From Somniosus microcephalus (Eukaryota), in contig CM126230.1 in NCBI GenBank assembly GCA_052327205.1, positions 24,800,001 through 24,864,000 on the forward strand: DNA of 64,000 nt. Direction: 5' to 3'. Below, one piece after another: positions 12,627 through 24,650 of this stretch. A model generated the notes under the pieces. The model searched no databases. It was not told the DNA's origin and saw only the letters and a list, made by a program, of their open reading frames with translations. How positions within the stretch are numbered: position 1 is the first letter of the stretch; the number at the start of each line of letters is the position of its first letter. A program made the translations under genes and the position numbers.

Positions 12627-13248
12627 AAATGTCCCCTTTATCAATTAACTCATGCAGATGCCTTGAGCCAGATGAATATTTATAGCAGTACAGGGTAGGC
12701 CACTGCTTACATTAGCTAACGATTCTTCCTAGCTCCCTCTGTTAATGTTTTAATGATAAAAATGTTCCGTGAGCATTAAAGACCCACACCTTAGGTTTCT
12801 TTATCTTTTGTAAGTTTAAACATTTTGAAACAACTGAGTGGACTCTTGAAATTACAGGTGTACAAACGTACACAGTTGTCCATTTTAATCAGTTTTGACT
12901 TATCTTTCTAGAGCTCAAACACAGTGCGTCCAATACACTTCCTCAATGAAACAAGGGAGAACGCATTTTGTAACACATGCAATTTACTTACATACATGAG
13001 GATTTTAAGTTTTGGTTCATTACTTCACTTACTCGAGATATTTCAATCTACTTTCTTAGATGAGGCTTAGCACTTTGGCCTCAAGCATGTCTTCACTGGC
13101 TCTAATATCTAGTTCGGTTTTAATTGTGACCAGAATACCAAATAGAAAACCTTTCATTAGCAATTGGACCTTTCCTGTTCTGTGAAGAATATCAAAACAC
13201 CAGACATCTTAGGCTTCAACTGCCAAAATAATTTATTGAGAATAGATG

Positions 13249-13452
13249 AACAATCTAATAAATAAGAGTCGTATAATATAGTTATAATATATGTTAAATT
13301 ATACCAACTCTTCTAAATAGGGAAAATAATAACTGTTTTATAATCTTCAATAACTTTTATAATTAACTTTTTGTATACCTAGCTATTCTTTTCTTCTAAT
13401 ATTCTTACCAACTAAGAGCTAGCTGTTCTCTGTAGTCTTCTCAAAAGTGCAA
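13249..13452 (+). repeat. ~204-bp AT-rich direct repeat, copy 2
   Basis: See 11335-11538. Confidence 0.9.
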
Positions 13453-13734
13453 AGTGGTCAAATTTACATGCGATACCAAACTAGGAGGATCAGTGGAATT
13501 GCAGGATCTGGATTTTGACTGCAGCTGATGCTTAATACCTAAAGCACTTTAACTGAATTAAAGGAACTACTATCAAGACAACTACACTTCACTTTTGTCA
13601 CAAGGACATCTCAACTGATAATTAGAATTTAATCTGTACTGGTTAATAAATGAAAATACCTGTACTACAAAAGTGTTCTAAGCCTTGAATGATTGTTTAA
13701 CTATTTCAGTTTCTATCGTTTTTGTGTTGTAATA

Positions 13735-14470
13735 TTTTTTATTCATTTTTATGGGATGTGGGCATCGCTGGCAAGGCCAGCATTTATTGTCCATCCCTAA
13801 TTGCCCTCGAGAAGGTGGTGGTGAGCCGCCTTCTTGAACCGCTGCAGTCCATGTGGTGAAGGTGCTCCCGCTGCTGTTAGGGAGGGAGTTCCAGGATTTT
13901 GACCCAGCGACAATGAAGGATCGGCCGATATGCTTCTAAGTCAGGATGGTGTGTGACTTGGAGGTGGTGGTGTTCCCATGCACCTGCTGCCCTTGTCCTT
14001 CTAGGTGGAAGAGGTCGCGCATTTCGGAGGTGCTGCTGAAGAAGCCTTGGCGAGTTGCTGCAGTGCATCTTGTAGATGGCACACACCGGTACGCCGGTGG
14101 TGGAGGGAGTGAATGTTGAAGGTGGTGGATGGGGTGCCAATCAAGCGGGCTGCTTTGTCCTGGATGGCGTCGAGCTTCTTGAGTGTTGTTGGAGCTGCAC
14201 CTCATCCAGGCAAGTGGAGAGTATTCCATCACACTCCTTACTTGTGCCTTGTAGATGGTGGAAAGGTTTTGGGGAGTCAGGAGGTGAGACACTCGCCACA
14301 ATACCTAGGATTTTGACCCAGCAATGATGAAGGATCGGCGATATACTTCTAAGTCAGGATGGTGTGTGACCTGGAGGGGAACTTGGAGGTGGCGGTGTTC
14401 CCGTGCGCCTGCTGCCCTTGTCCCTCTAGGTGGAAGAGGTCGCAGGTTTGGGAGGTGCTGCCGAAGAAGC
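13735..14470 (-). mobile_element. Non-LTR retrotransposon 3' fragment (CR1-related clade, exact clade uncertain) with an internally duplicated segment
   Basis: RT C-terminal motif STIYKAQVRSVMEYSPLAW; 14307-14470 repeats 13893-14045. Confidence 0.8.
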
Positions 14471-15660
14471 AAATTTGTAAGCAATATTGTAAGAACCAGG
14501 ATTCTCTGCGATCAGCACGGAACAGCTGGGGCAGAACATGATGGACTTTGTTCATTATTCAGGATCGACTAATGTGCTGAGATGACGGGACTGTGTTAAT
14601 TGTATCAACCCCAACTGACCTGCTCAATAGATCTGAGGAGTTTCTAAGATGATCTGTATCTCTAAGGTTAATGGACGTTCCAATAGAAAAGCTTTAGCAT
14701 TAATGGTACCAGGTCATCAACAAAGTGCTCATCACCTGCTTGATTTCAAAAGTGCCCCAATTCTTTTAGCAAGAGCTTAATAGGAGACAGCCGGGCACTG
14801 CAAAGGCTCTAGTCTTCCCCCACCAAAATGAGGACAGCAACCTCTGTGTAATCCAATTGAGAAATCAGTGGCATGAACTAGGGATGAGGAGCAAATATCA
14901 ATTCCACTGATGATTGCTCTCCATTGCTTACTGTTGGAAAGGTCATTCTCGGGATATGGGCGTTGCTTACAAGGCCGGCGTTTATTGCCCATCCTTAATT
15001 GCCTTTATAAAGGTGGCGGTGGTACGTCTTCTTGAAGCACTGCAGTTCATGTGGTGAAGGTGCTCCCACAATGCTGTTAGGTTAGGGTGACCGCATTTTC
15101 TAAACTGAATCCGGGGACACACAGGGTGGGAGCACAGCAAAGTAGCCAGGACGCGTTTCAAGAAAACCAGCATGACGACTTTGTTGTTTCTGCTAGTGGA
15201 ATACGCATAGAGACAACGCCATTTTCACTTTACATTGAATCTCGAATTTTGCGTGTGTTCTGGCGATAGTGCTGCACCATCTATACTCATCCCCGAATAC
15301 CCTGGAGGAGAAATTCGGTATTGCTCCATTTGGGGCGCAATTATCGGCCGGGCGCCAAGTTAAGCGCCTGCAGCTAATTATCGCCTCCGACTGCAAACTT
15401 GGCCTCTATCACCGCTGGAGGTGATTAGAGCGCTAAATCAGGCGCTACACACCTCTCTTAAGGCGCTAACGCCGAGGAGCGAGGCGCTGCCTCAGAGCGC
15501 TGGCGAAGCTCAGGTGATGTCAGTTAGCAATGGAACACAGATAGATTGGCGCCGGCCAGCTCTTAAAGGGGTCAATCTTGCTCTCCAGCCACACCCTGCT
15601 CATTGCAGCCTTGAATCTCGGTCTGGACAGACCTGTACATCAAATCTGCTGGAAAGAACA

Positions 15661-17350
15661 ATGGAGAGGCCCAGGGAAAGAGCTCAGCGCTTCAGCGACC
15701 AGGTCTTGGTGGCTCTGGTTGGCACAGTGGAGCGGCGAAGGACAGTGCTCTACCCACAGAGTGGCAGGAGGCCATTGCCCCGCGAATACAGAAGAGTCTG
15801 GAGGGAGGTGGCTCAGCACCTCTCCTCCAGGAGCGTGGTGCCCAGGACCCACACCCAATGTCAGGAGAAGTTCAACGACCTCACTCTGGTGGTCAGGGTG
15901 AGTGGCTGCTTTTCAATACCTCTACATCCCTCCATCTCAACCTCACTCTGTGCCCAGAGGGTTTAAAAACACCAAATGCCCAACACTCATCCAAGACCTA
16001 TAGCCATCTCATAAAACACACACGCACGTTCCACACCTTGCATACATTAAGGGCTATTCAACTATGGGAGGCACATCAGGCAAAAACATGGCTGCACATT
16101 CAATCAGACGCTGTCCTTTTTCTTGCAGGCCAGCTATCTCGTAACAGGCGCCAGCAGCAACACACGGGAGGAGGACCGGCTGAGCTGCAGACCCTCAGCG
16201 ATTTAGAGGCGTGCGTCCACAGGATCGTCGCCAGCCAGGTGATAGGTGCCGTGGCCGCTGGAGAGGTCGACCCCCTTGGGAACGGCAATGGTATGTTCAT
16301 CAGCTTTCTCTCCTCTCTCATTCCACTTGTCCCTCACAACACCAGCCTTTTACACTTTCAATCCAACTTACTAACTGTCTCCAGTCCTTGCTCCCTTACT
16401 GCCCCCCCTGTCCTCACGCTAAAGCCACTCTTGTACCTCCCTGCTTTCAGATAGTGAACCGCCAGCTGACTGGTGGCAGCGACACCCCAGGCGAGGAGGA
16501 AGAGGAAGCCGGAGCCACAATGCCTGCCTCTTCTGAGGGAGCCCATGCCCACACTGGGACCACACCTTCCCTGGAGGGGAGCAGGGAGAAAGGGTCTGAT
16601 GAGGACGAAGCTCCGGGACCCAGCAGGCTGCAGCAATGCCATGAGGGTAGGGAAGCTGGGGGGCCAGCTCCCCGGAGGGCGAGTAGGCAAGTGAGTCCTA
16701 CTGCACTGGATTCAGAGGAGGAGCGCGTCATCACGGAAATGAATAGCCAGGCCTTGAGCATGCACACTGAGCTCATGGGTGCAATGGCAAGGGTGCGCGA
16801 AAGCATTGATGGACTGGCAAGGAGTGTGGAGCACTCCGCTGCAGCACAGGCCGATGCAACGCAAATGCTTAGTGCTGCAATTCAGTCACTGGCTGCTGCG
16901 TTCCAATCTCAGACTGCTCTCATGCAGTCTCAGATTGATGTAACGCAAGCACTGACTGCTGCCATCCTCGCTGGGTCTGCCACATTGCCCCGGGCTCTCA
17001 CGGTGCCGCAGCAGGCCAGCAATCTGTGCTCGAGCAGATTGCTCCGGATGCTGAGGTGCTGCCCCGTGGGAGTGCCAGTGTGTCGGTCGAGCAGGAAGGT
17101 GCTGTCCTCTCTCAGGATGACAGCATTTTTGCTCCCACCACTGGCACTTCCCCATTGCACTTGCCACCGCCTGCAACCCAGCCAGCCCAGAATGCTGCCA
17201 CCCATGCAGAGTTGGTGCAGTCTGAAGCTGGGCCTCCAGGCCCAGAGCTGGTCGAGGGCGTCCTTTAAGGGCATCTGTAGTCACTGCATCTGACATTCAG
17301 CAGCCTTCCACCAGCCTTGCTGCAGCCACTGGGGCCCCGTTACGGGGAGC
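15661..17350 (+). pseudogene. Harbinger Myb/SANT-like DNA-binding protein, 3 exons (15661-15897, 16129-16290, 16451-~17350), frameshifted
   Basis: RFSDQVLVALV...WREVAQHLSS...RTHTQCQEKFNDL, then NRRQQQHTGGGP, an acidic tract and a predicted coiled coil. GT-AG introns (gtgagt/ttgcag, gtatgt/tttcag). Frame breaks near the starts of exons 2 and 3. Confidence 0.85.
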
Positions 17351-17721
17351 AGTAGGGTGGGAAGGGGGAAAGTGCGCAGGGAATGGAGATCACCCTCGAA
17401 GGGCAAACAGTAGGAGGTCTAAATAAATGATGGGAATGTTTGTAGTAAAGGTCGAGGTTCATCTGATTACATTTGTTTACTGTTTTGCCGTTTTTCTCCA
17501 GCTTGTGAGAACCAGTTCTGTTAATTAATGATTTGTTGTGTTTGTTTCTGATTGTTTGTCCTGAATAAATGACACACACAGAGTTAAATAAAAAAGTTGT
17601 TGTATTCAAAATTTACATTTTTGGCCTTTGGAATCATTCCAGCTTTGGCCGGCTATCGGGGTTGCGGGTTGCTTTCCAAGATGTTGTTCGCCAAGCCAGA
17701 AGCCATCATCTGAGTAGGGGC

Positions 17722-18863
17722 CTAGAAGCAGCTTGTTATCAGCCGTTGACAGACGGCCCTTGTAGTTTCAACATTGTGGGTCTCCCTCCCGCCTTGGTGC
17801 TGCTGCTGATCCTCTTCCTCCTCCTCTTCCTCCTCCTCCTCCTCAGGTGGTGCACCAATCCCTGGTGGCATTGGCTGGGTCCTTAGGATTGCCAGGTTGT
17901 GAAGCATGCAGCAACTATGAAGAGGGAGACTCGCTCAGGCGAGTACTGCAGGGCTCCTCCTGAGTGGTCCAGACAGCAGAACCGTTGCTTGAGCATGCCG
18001 ATCGTCTGCTCAATTATGTTCCTGGTGGTGATATGGCTTGCATTATACCGCAGCTCGGTAGGGGCGTTGGGGTTACGGAGCAATGTCATCAGCCAGGTGC
18101 AGAGTGGATAACCTTTGTCCCCCGAGGAGCCGTCCACTTGCGTGATGCGGTGCTTGGAAACGGTCTGGCACACCAGTCTGCCACAGGATGAAAGCATCGT
18201 GGCTGTTGCCAGGATAGCAGGCATTGACAGCGAGTATGAGCTGTCTGTAGTCACAGACCAACTGGACATTTAAGGAGTGGTAGCCCTTGCGGTTTCGGAA
18301 AACCTCTACATTTTCATGCGGTGCCCGCAATGCCACATGCGTGCAGTCAATGGCGCCCTGCAGCATGGGGAAGCCCGCTATCCTCGCAAAGCCCAATGCG
18401 CGCTCATGCTGTTTGGCGCGGGTCATGGGGAAAGAGATGTACAGGCGTCTCCTTTTATACAGGGCATTTGTCACCTCCCGGATACAGCAGTGGACAGCGA
18501 ACTGGGAGATATTGGCGATGTCCCCGGTAGAAGCTTGAAAGGAGCTGCTGGCATAAAAATTGAGAGCCACTGTCACCTTCACTGCCACCGACAGAGACAT
18601 CGTGGTCCTCAGTTGAGGCTGCAGATCTGGTGGCAGAGCTCAGTGACCACCTCCTTGCTGAAGCACAGCCTGCACAAACACTGCTCCTCAGACAAATGAA
18701 TGTAGGAGAATTGCTCCGGGAATACCCTGGGAGGGTAAGGTCTCCTGTGCAGAGGCCTGTTGGCCTTCCTCCCTCTGGCCATGTTTGCCACTCTCTCTCT
18801 GCATCTCTGATGCCTCCTATTCTGCAGGTGCAGGACGACGCCCCGCATCAGTGCAACCCCCAC
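17722..18863 (-). pseudogene. Harbinger (HARBI1-like) DDE transposase, frameshifted
   Basis: [39 protein letters not shown] and [12 protein letters not shown] motifs are spread over four ORF pieces. Confidence 0.93.
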
Positions 18864-20074
18864 AGTCTCTTCTAAATCGATGCAAGGAAGGTCAAATCAA
18901 AATGAACCTGCAAAGTGCTGCTCAGTACCCAAAACTCCTTCACACAACATTGAATCTCTCCAGAAGTCTCTCTCTCTCTCTCAGAATGAGTGGTGCAAAA
19001 ATGTCACAGACAAAAAATGGCAGGAAGAGGCCGCCTTTAAATAGCGCTCCCCCAATCCCTGCCCTACTGCAAAATGCTCCCCTCTACCTGTCATTGCTAG
19101 CAGCAGGCGGAAAGGCAAGGGGCGCCACTCAATATCCGGTCCAGGGCGCTACCGGGGCGTTGCACGCTCGACTGACGTCACGATCTGCGGGCGCAGGAGC
19201 TCATGGCGGTAGTGTTTAGCGCTGCTGCAAAATGTCTGGTCAATTTCGCGAGCGGCGCCAGTTGCTTCACGCTAATCAACCGGATTTTTCCCCCAATTTC
19301 TCAATTTTAAATCTGTTCCAAACAGACTGAGATTTTCCATATAAGGTGTGAAACACGTTCTGTCTCAGAAGGTTTCGGAAACCACTTCCCAGTGGGAGAA
19401 TTTAGAGCTTGCCTTATTCTGTAAAAAAAACACGATGCACCGTACTAATCTGAGGTAAAGTAAATCCACTCAGCCACCAGCTCTCTCTGCGCCCTCGGCT
19501 TCTCCCACACATTTTAAAGGTTCTGCCCTCTGGCCAATCACTTTTGGCCGAAATGCAGGGTCAGGTGACTCAATCCCCCAGAGTGCAGTGCAGCCCAAGC
19601 TATCGATGGGGCCTTTTCTCCACCGCACTGCATTGTGGGAAGGTGGGACCGCCATCGTCACCTCCGTTCAACCGGCTCCTAGAATCCGTTCCTGAGCTCA
19701 AACCGGGCGGGAACTGGCCGAGAATCTCCTCCTGGGGTTTCTGTACATTCACGTTTTAAAAAAAAAACAAAGACTCTATATGGGGCCGAGTTTTCTTAAC
19801 TGGAGACTCTGCCAGGGATATTGTTTGCCTGGGGACACCGTACCTAATCCGGGGAATGTCCCCGGAACACGGGCATGCATGGCCAGCCTATGTTAGGGAG
19901 GGAGTTCCAGGATTTTGACCCAGCATCGATGAAGGAACGACGATGTACGTCCAAGTCTTGGTGTGTGACCTGGAGGGAAACTTGGAGGTGATGGTGGTCC
20001 CATGCACCTGCTGCCCTTGTCCTTTTAGGTGATGGTCGCGGGTTTTGGAGGTGCTGTCGAAGAAGCCTTGCCAT

Positions 20075-20238
20075 CAATGTTCCCTCTAAGCTGCGAGTGT
20101 GTGTGGGCACGCTGCACCCTGGAGGGTACTGCGCAGGCCGCTCGCAAGCTTTGAAATACCACACGTATTAATTTTTAAAAATGTAAACTTTGAAAAAAAC
20201 TGGCTGCGTACAACAACAAAATTTTGGAGGGAACATTG
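20075..20238. mobile_element. Short hAT-type MITE
   Basis: TIR CAATGTTCCCTC...GAGGGAACATTG; 8-bp TSD cttgccat/cttgcctt. Confidence 0.85.
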
Positions 20239-20660
20239 CTTGCCTTAATGTGTGGATGTTGGGTGAAGACAGGATCAGGCGTGATCGGGATAGCCCTCAT
20301 TGTTGAATAGCCAACTGATTTGATTCTCACATGAAGAATGGGCACTTGGGTGAGGCACACAAGGACTGCTGGCAGCTGTGGGACTCTACCCTAGAATGAG
20401 TTGGCATTTTCAGGAGAGGGGACGGAGAAAGTTAAAAAAAAGAAGGGCCTTTAGTTTAATATTTGGAGAGATATGCTGACATATCCTATATAAGTTCCGT
20501 CCCGTTTTATTGATGCCCATTTTTAAAAGAACACAGCTCATGAAAAATTATTTATAGGTTCAAGATTGAGAAACAATGGTGATTTCCTGGACCCAGGCCA
20601 GGCCAAAAACTCCCTTAAAAGGGTAATCTGCCCCTTTGGAGTGCGACAGGAAAACGATAC

Positions 20661-20698
20661 CTCATCATCAGGTTTTGCGGTTGCCTTGATAAGTTTAA
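20661..20698 (-). CDS. Candidate host exon A (38 bp)
   Basis: Acceptor atttacttttatAG, donor GAG|GTatcg. Open as LNLSRQPQNLMM(S) or KLIKATAKPDDE. Confidence 0.3.
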
Positions 20699-21056
20699 CT
20701 ATAAAAGTAAATACAATATATGACATTGAAAACAGGAAAACGCCTAGGCTTTGTCAATCTGTGTCAGAGTAATAATAGACAACTTCAGTCGCAGAGAACT
20801 AAGCTGAAGGAACAGATTTTCTTATTTTGTAAATGCCAATATCAGTTGTCCTTCCAAGGCTGTTCCAGATACTTTTTTTAGTTTCTGATTTTCTGTTTAG
20901 TTCGTTCTCTTAACTCCCACAATGGCTGTGGCCTCCAAAGCAACAGGACATCCCTCTTTCTCAAGCTCTCTCCGAAAATCACTTCAACATAAACTGTTCA
21001 AATGAGATAAGGGAGAACGCAGTTTCAGTCCAGTAAAGGGCAGATTTAGGATTGAT

Positions 21057-23716
21057 GGCCACGATTTTCCTAATGGAGGCGGGTTGAGGGCGGGTCCGCT
21101 GCTCGGAGGCTTTCCGACCCGCTCCCGGCTGACGCCCCCCACAACTTACGATTTTTCCTCGATGGGCCTCGTTACGGCCGACGTGCGGGTCCCTCCAGGC
21201 AATTGCTCGGAGGCTGTCAGTTTCTCGCCTCTGATGACGCGTTGTTTGGATGAAAATTTAAAGGGGCCATGTCCCCTTTGGGAAAAATGTCAATGGGATG
21301 GATTGGTGCTGTAAAATATAGAAAGGGGAGTTGACAGTGTCTGTTCTGAACTAAATTTAATGAATGAAAGTGCTGGTCAAATTATTCCAGAAAGATTTTT
21401 ATGATTTTTTTATATATCAGTTTATTATCTCATTATGAAATGAAAAAGATGCCAGTATTGTTCCAACCATTGGCTTAGTGATATTAATGCTTTTTTCTCT
21501 TAAAGGTGCTGGCTGCTGCAGGAACGGCAGCTCCAATAACTAAGGCTCACCCAGGTTTAATGAGGGCTCTCTCCATGCTCTTGTTGAGGGAGACAGAGGA
21601 CGTCAGGAGCTGCTCTTCCCTGGAAACAGAAGGAGGAGGCCTCCTCAGCAAATGAAGGCAGCTTGGGTGCAAATTGCTGAGGAGGTGAGCTCGAGGTCTG
21701 TGTGCATGGGTTCAGTGTGGAAAAAGTTTAATGATCTGCTGAGGTCACCTAAAGTGTGGCCTCCGTGTTCTGGGAAATGGAAGTTCAAGAGTGAGGACTC
21801 AGGGTGATCTCCATGTAGAATGTTGGTGGTGACACTGAGCGCAAACCACCATTTATTGGACAGATGTTGCCTGGGGCTTTGAGGTTGTTGGACTCATATT
21901 CATCTCCATGGAATATAAAAACAGGGAGGTATTGCTGCAGTTGTACAAGGTATTGGTGAGACCGCACCTGGAATACTGCGTACAGTTTTGGTGTCCATAC
22001 TTAAGAAAAGACATACTTGCTCTCGAGTCAGTACAAAGAAGGTTCACTCGGTTAATCCCGGGGATGAGGGGGTGGTCATATGAGGAGAGGTTGAGTAGAT
22101 TGGGACTCTACTCATTGGAGTTCAGAAGAATGAGAGGCGATCTTATTGAAACATATAAGATTGTGAAGGGGCTTGATCGGGTGGATGCGGTGAGGATGTT
22201 CCCAATGATGGGTGAAACTAGAACTAGGGGGCATAATCTTAAAATAAGGGGCTGCTCTTTCAAAACTGAGATGAGGAGAAACTTCTTCACTCAGAGGGTG
22301 GTAGGTTTGTGGAATTTGCTGCCCCAGAAAGCTGTGGAAGCTACATCATTAAATAAATTTAAAACAGAAATAGATAGTTTCCTAGAAGTGAAGGGAATTA
22401 AGGGTTACAGGAAGCGGGCAGGAAATTGGACATGAGTCTAGGTTCGGAATGGTCATGGCCCTGTGGGTAGTGGAGTGGGCCCAGGGGCCGTGTAGCCTGG
22501 TTCTGCTCCTACTGTGTTCTAATTCTGTGTTAGATTTCAGGAGATGGTTTTATTCCTGTTCCTGGCTGGGGTGGAGATCGCCTTTACAGAAGGTAAGTAC
22601 TGTAGAAAATATAGGGACAGAGTGATCTCCTGGAAGAATTTCGATCGCCTAGATGGGTCGGAGAGGAATTTCCCAGATTTTTTTTCTCCCAAATTGGCCA
22701 TTGGGTCTTTATCTGGTTTTTCGCCTCTCCCGGGAGATCACATAGGTTCGGGTGGATGCAGAGTGATAGAAGATTTGAGGTTAGGATCAGATCAGCCATG
22801 ATCTTATTGAATGGTGGAGCGGGCTCGAGGGGCCGATTGGCCTACTCCTGCTCCTATTTCTTATGTTCTTATGTTCTTATGTGCCAGCCACCTGTGGTTG
22901 AAGTGTAAGATTACGCGAATCTGGCATGGATGAGTGCATCCCTTGTCTGACGGCCAGCAATGTGGTCATCTGCTGCTGGATTGGCCACATCTGGCCCCAC
23001 AAGGCGTCACTCCCCGTCCTCCTCCTCATCCTCTTCCTCGTCCCCTTCCCCGTCCTCTTCATCTTCCTCCAAGGAGGCGGTGTGCTGAGCCACCTGTCCA
23101 TCCGGCAGCACTAAGCCGCGCTGCTCTTCCTCCAAATCCGACGACCAGGATGAGAGGATGTAAATGGTTCCCATCCCGTTGTTATAGGTTTCAGTTGAGG
23201 GAAGAAGCTTGCAAGCGCACACTCAAAGTGGCCTGAAATTATTCCAATCAGTTCAAACAGCAAATGTGTGTCAGTTTGACCAGTCACAAGGTCAGTAGAT
23301 TTGCAAAATCTTATCCCAAACTTCCAACAACAAAGTTGTTGCATTTGAATGTCAGCCATGTTACAGGTGCGCTTTTAAAGTTCTGCACCAATAATGACTA
23401 CCGATCATGTCCTCCACCAACTCGTCTCCTTGCAGCGGGACTGTTTCTGACAAGACGGGAAACAGGAGCCAGAGGCAGGAAAACGGGAAACCTCTGTCAA
23501 AATAGGATTATCAAGGCAGTTAATAGGTTCTTAACTGCCTTAACTACCTGTCCCACCGGTTGGAGTCGGATCAGTTTGGGAACGGCTGACCCGACACTCA
23601 GGAAAATCGCGTGGGGGCGGAATGGAGGCGGGTTGGGTGTCTGCAGCCATTTTTTCCAATTTTACCAGCTGATGCACCTCCAAACCTGCCTCCTCGGGGC
23701 TGGTAAAATCGAGTCC
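21057..23716. mobile_element. Internally deleted Harbinger relic with a CR1 inserted
   Basis: Ends GGCCACGATTTT...AAAATCGAGTCC. Myb remnant at ~21550-21755 (RFNEGSLHALVEG...AWVQIAEEVSSRS...KKFNDL) and acidic transposase C-terminus remnant at ~22910-23110 on the minus strand. Confidence 0.8.
21905..22881 (+). mobile_element. CR1 LINE 3' fragment with an extended compound 3' UTR
   Basis: ORF 21908-22435 (LVRPHLEYCVQFW); terminal cttatgtt repeats at ~22860-22881. Confidence 0.93.
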
Positions 23717-24550
23717 ATAGAATCATAGAATGGTTACAGCACAGAAAGAGACCATTCAGCCTCGTTGAGCCCGTGCCGGCTCTCTGCAAGAGCACTTCAG
23801 CTAGTCCCACTCTCCCACCCTTTCCCCGTAGCCCTGCAATTTTTTTTCCTTCAGATACTTATCCAATTCCCTTTTGAAAGCCACGATTGAGTCTGCCTCC
23901 ACCACCCTTTCAGGCAGTGCATTCCAGATCCGAACCTCTCGCTGTGTTAAAAAGATTTTCCTCATGTCGCCTTTGGATCTTCTGCCAATCACCTTAAATC
24001 TGTGTCCTCTGGTTCTCGAACCTTCCGCCAATGGGAACAGTTTCTCTCTATCTACTCTGTCTAGACCCCGAATGATTTTGAACACCTCTATCAAATCTCC
24101 TCTCAACCTTCTCTTCTCTAAGGAGAACAACCCCAGCTTCTCCAGTCTAACCACGTAACTGAAGTCCCTCATCCCTGGAAGCATTCTCGTAAATCTTTCC
24201 TTCACCCTCTCTAAGGCCTTCACATCCTTCCTAAAGTGCGGTGCCCAGAATTGGACACAATACTCCAGTTGAGGCCAAATCAGTGTTTTATAAAGGTTCA
24301 TCATAACTTCCTTGCTTTTGAACTCTATAACTCTATTTATGAAACCCAGGATCCCGTATGCTTTTTTTTACTGCTTTCTCAACATGCCCTGCTACCTTCA
24401 ATGATTTGTGCACATATACCCCCAGGTCTCTCTGCTCATGCACCCCCTTTCGAATTGTACCCTTTAGTTTATATTGCCTCTCCTCGTTCTTCCTACCAAA
24501 ATGTATCACTTCGCACTTTTCTGCGTTAAATTTCATCTGCCACGTGTCCG
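23717..24550 (-). mobile_element. CR1 LINE fragment
   Basis: KFNAEKCEVIHFG...RDLGV...QLEYCVQFWAP...RGDLIEVFK; tail at 23717. Confidence 0.95.
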
Positions 24551-24650
24551 CCCGCAGGAAGCTTTACACACAAAGAGTGATCAGTTCATGGCATGGACTT
24601 CCAGATCGAGCAGTGGAGGTAAAAACTCTGGAATCATTTTAGATGCTGTG

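Larger units (their letters stand above)
15304..19294. mobile_element. PIF/Harbinger DNA transposon, near full length, decayed
   Basis: Imperfect TIRs GGAGGAGAAATTCGGT...ACCGGATTTTTCCCCC enclosing convergent Myb/SANT and DDE nuclease genes. Confidence 0.92.
15083..19890. mobile_element. Non-autonomous hAT-type element hosting the Harbinger
   Basis: Ends TAGGGTGACC...GGCCAGCCTA, 8-bp TSD tgttaggt/tgttaggg, subterminal aatccgggga motifs at both ends. Confidence 0.8.
14945..20066 (-). mobile_element. Second copy of the same LINE 3' fragment, split by a hAT insertion
   Basis: 14945-15082 and 19891-20066 join to match 13750-14048 across ...gctgttagg|gagggagttccagg. Confidence 0.85.

Noticed and set aside
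13409-13538. Minus-strand exon-like segment with AG/GTAAGA ends
   Set aside because: There are stops in all three frames, so it cannot be an internal coding exon.
17722-18863. Domesticated host HARBI1 gene
   Set aside because: It has multiple frameshifts and lies between TIRs with a Myb partner, so it is a transposon copy.
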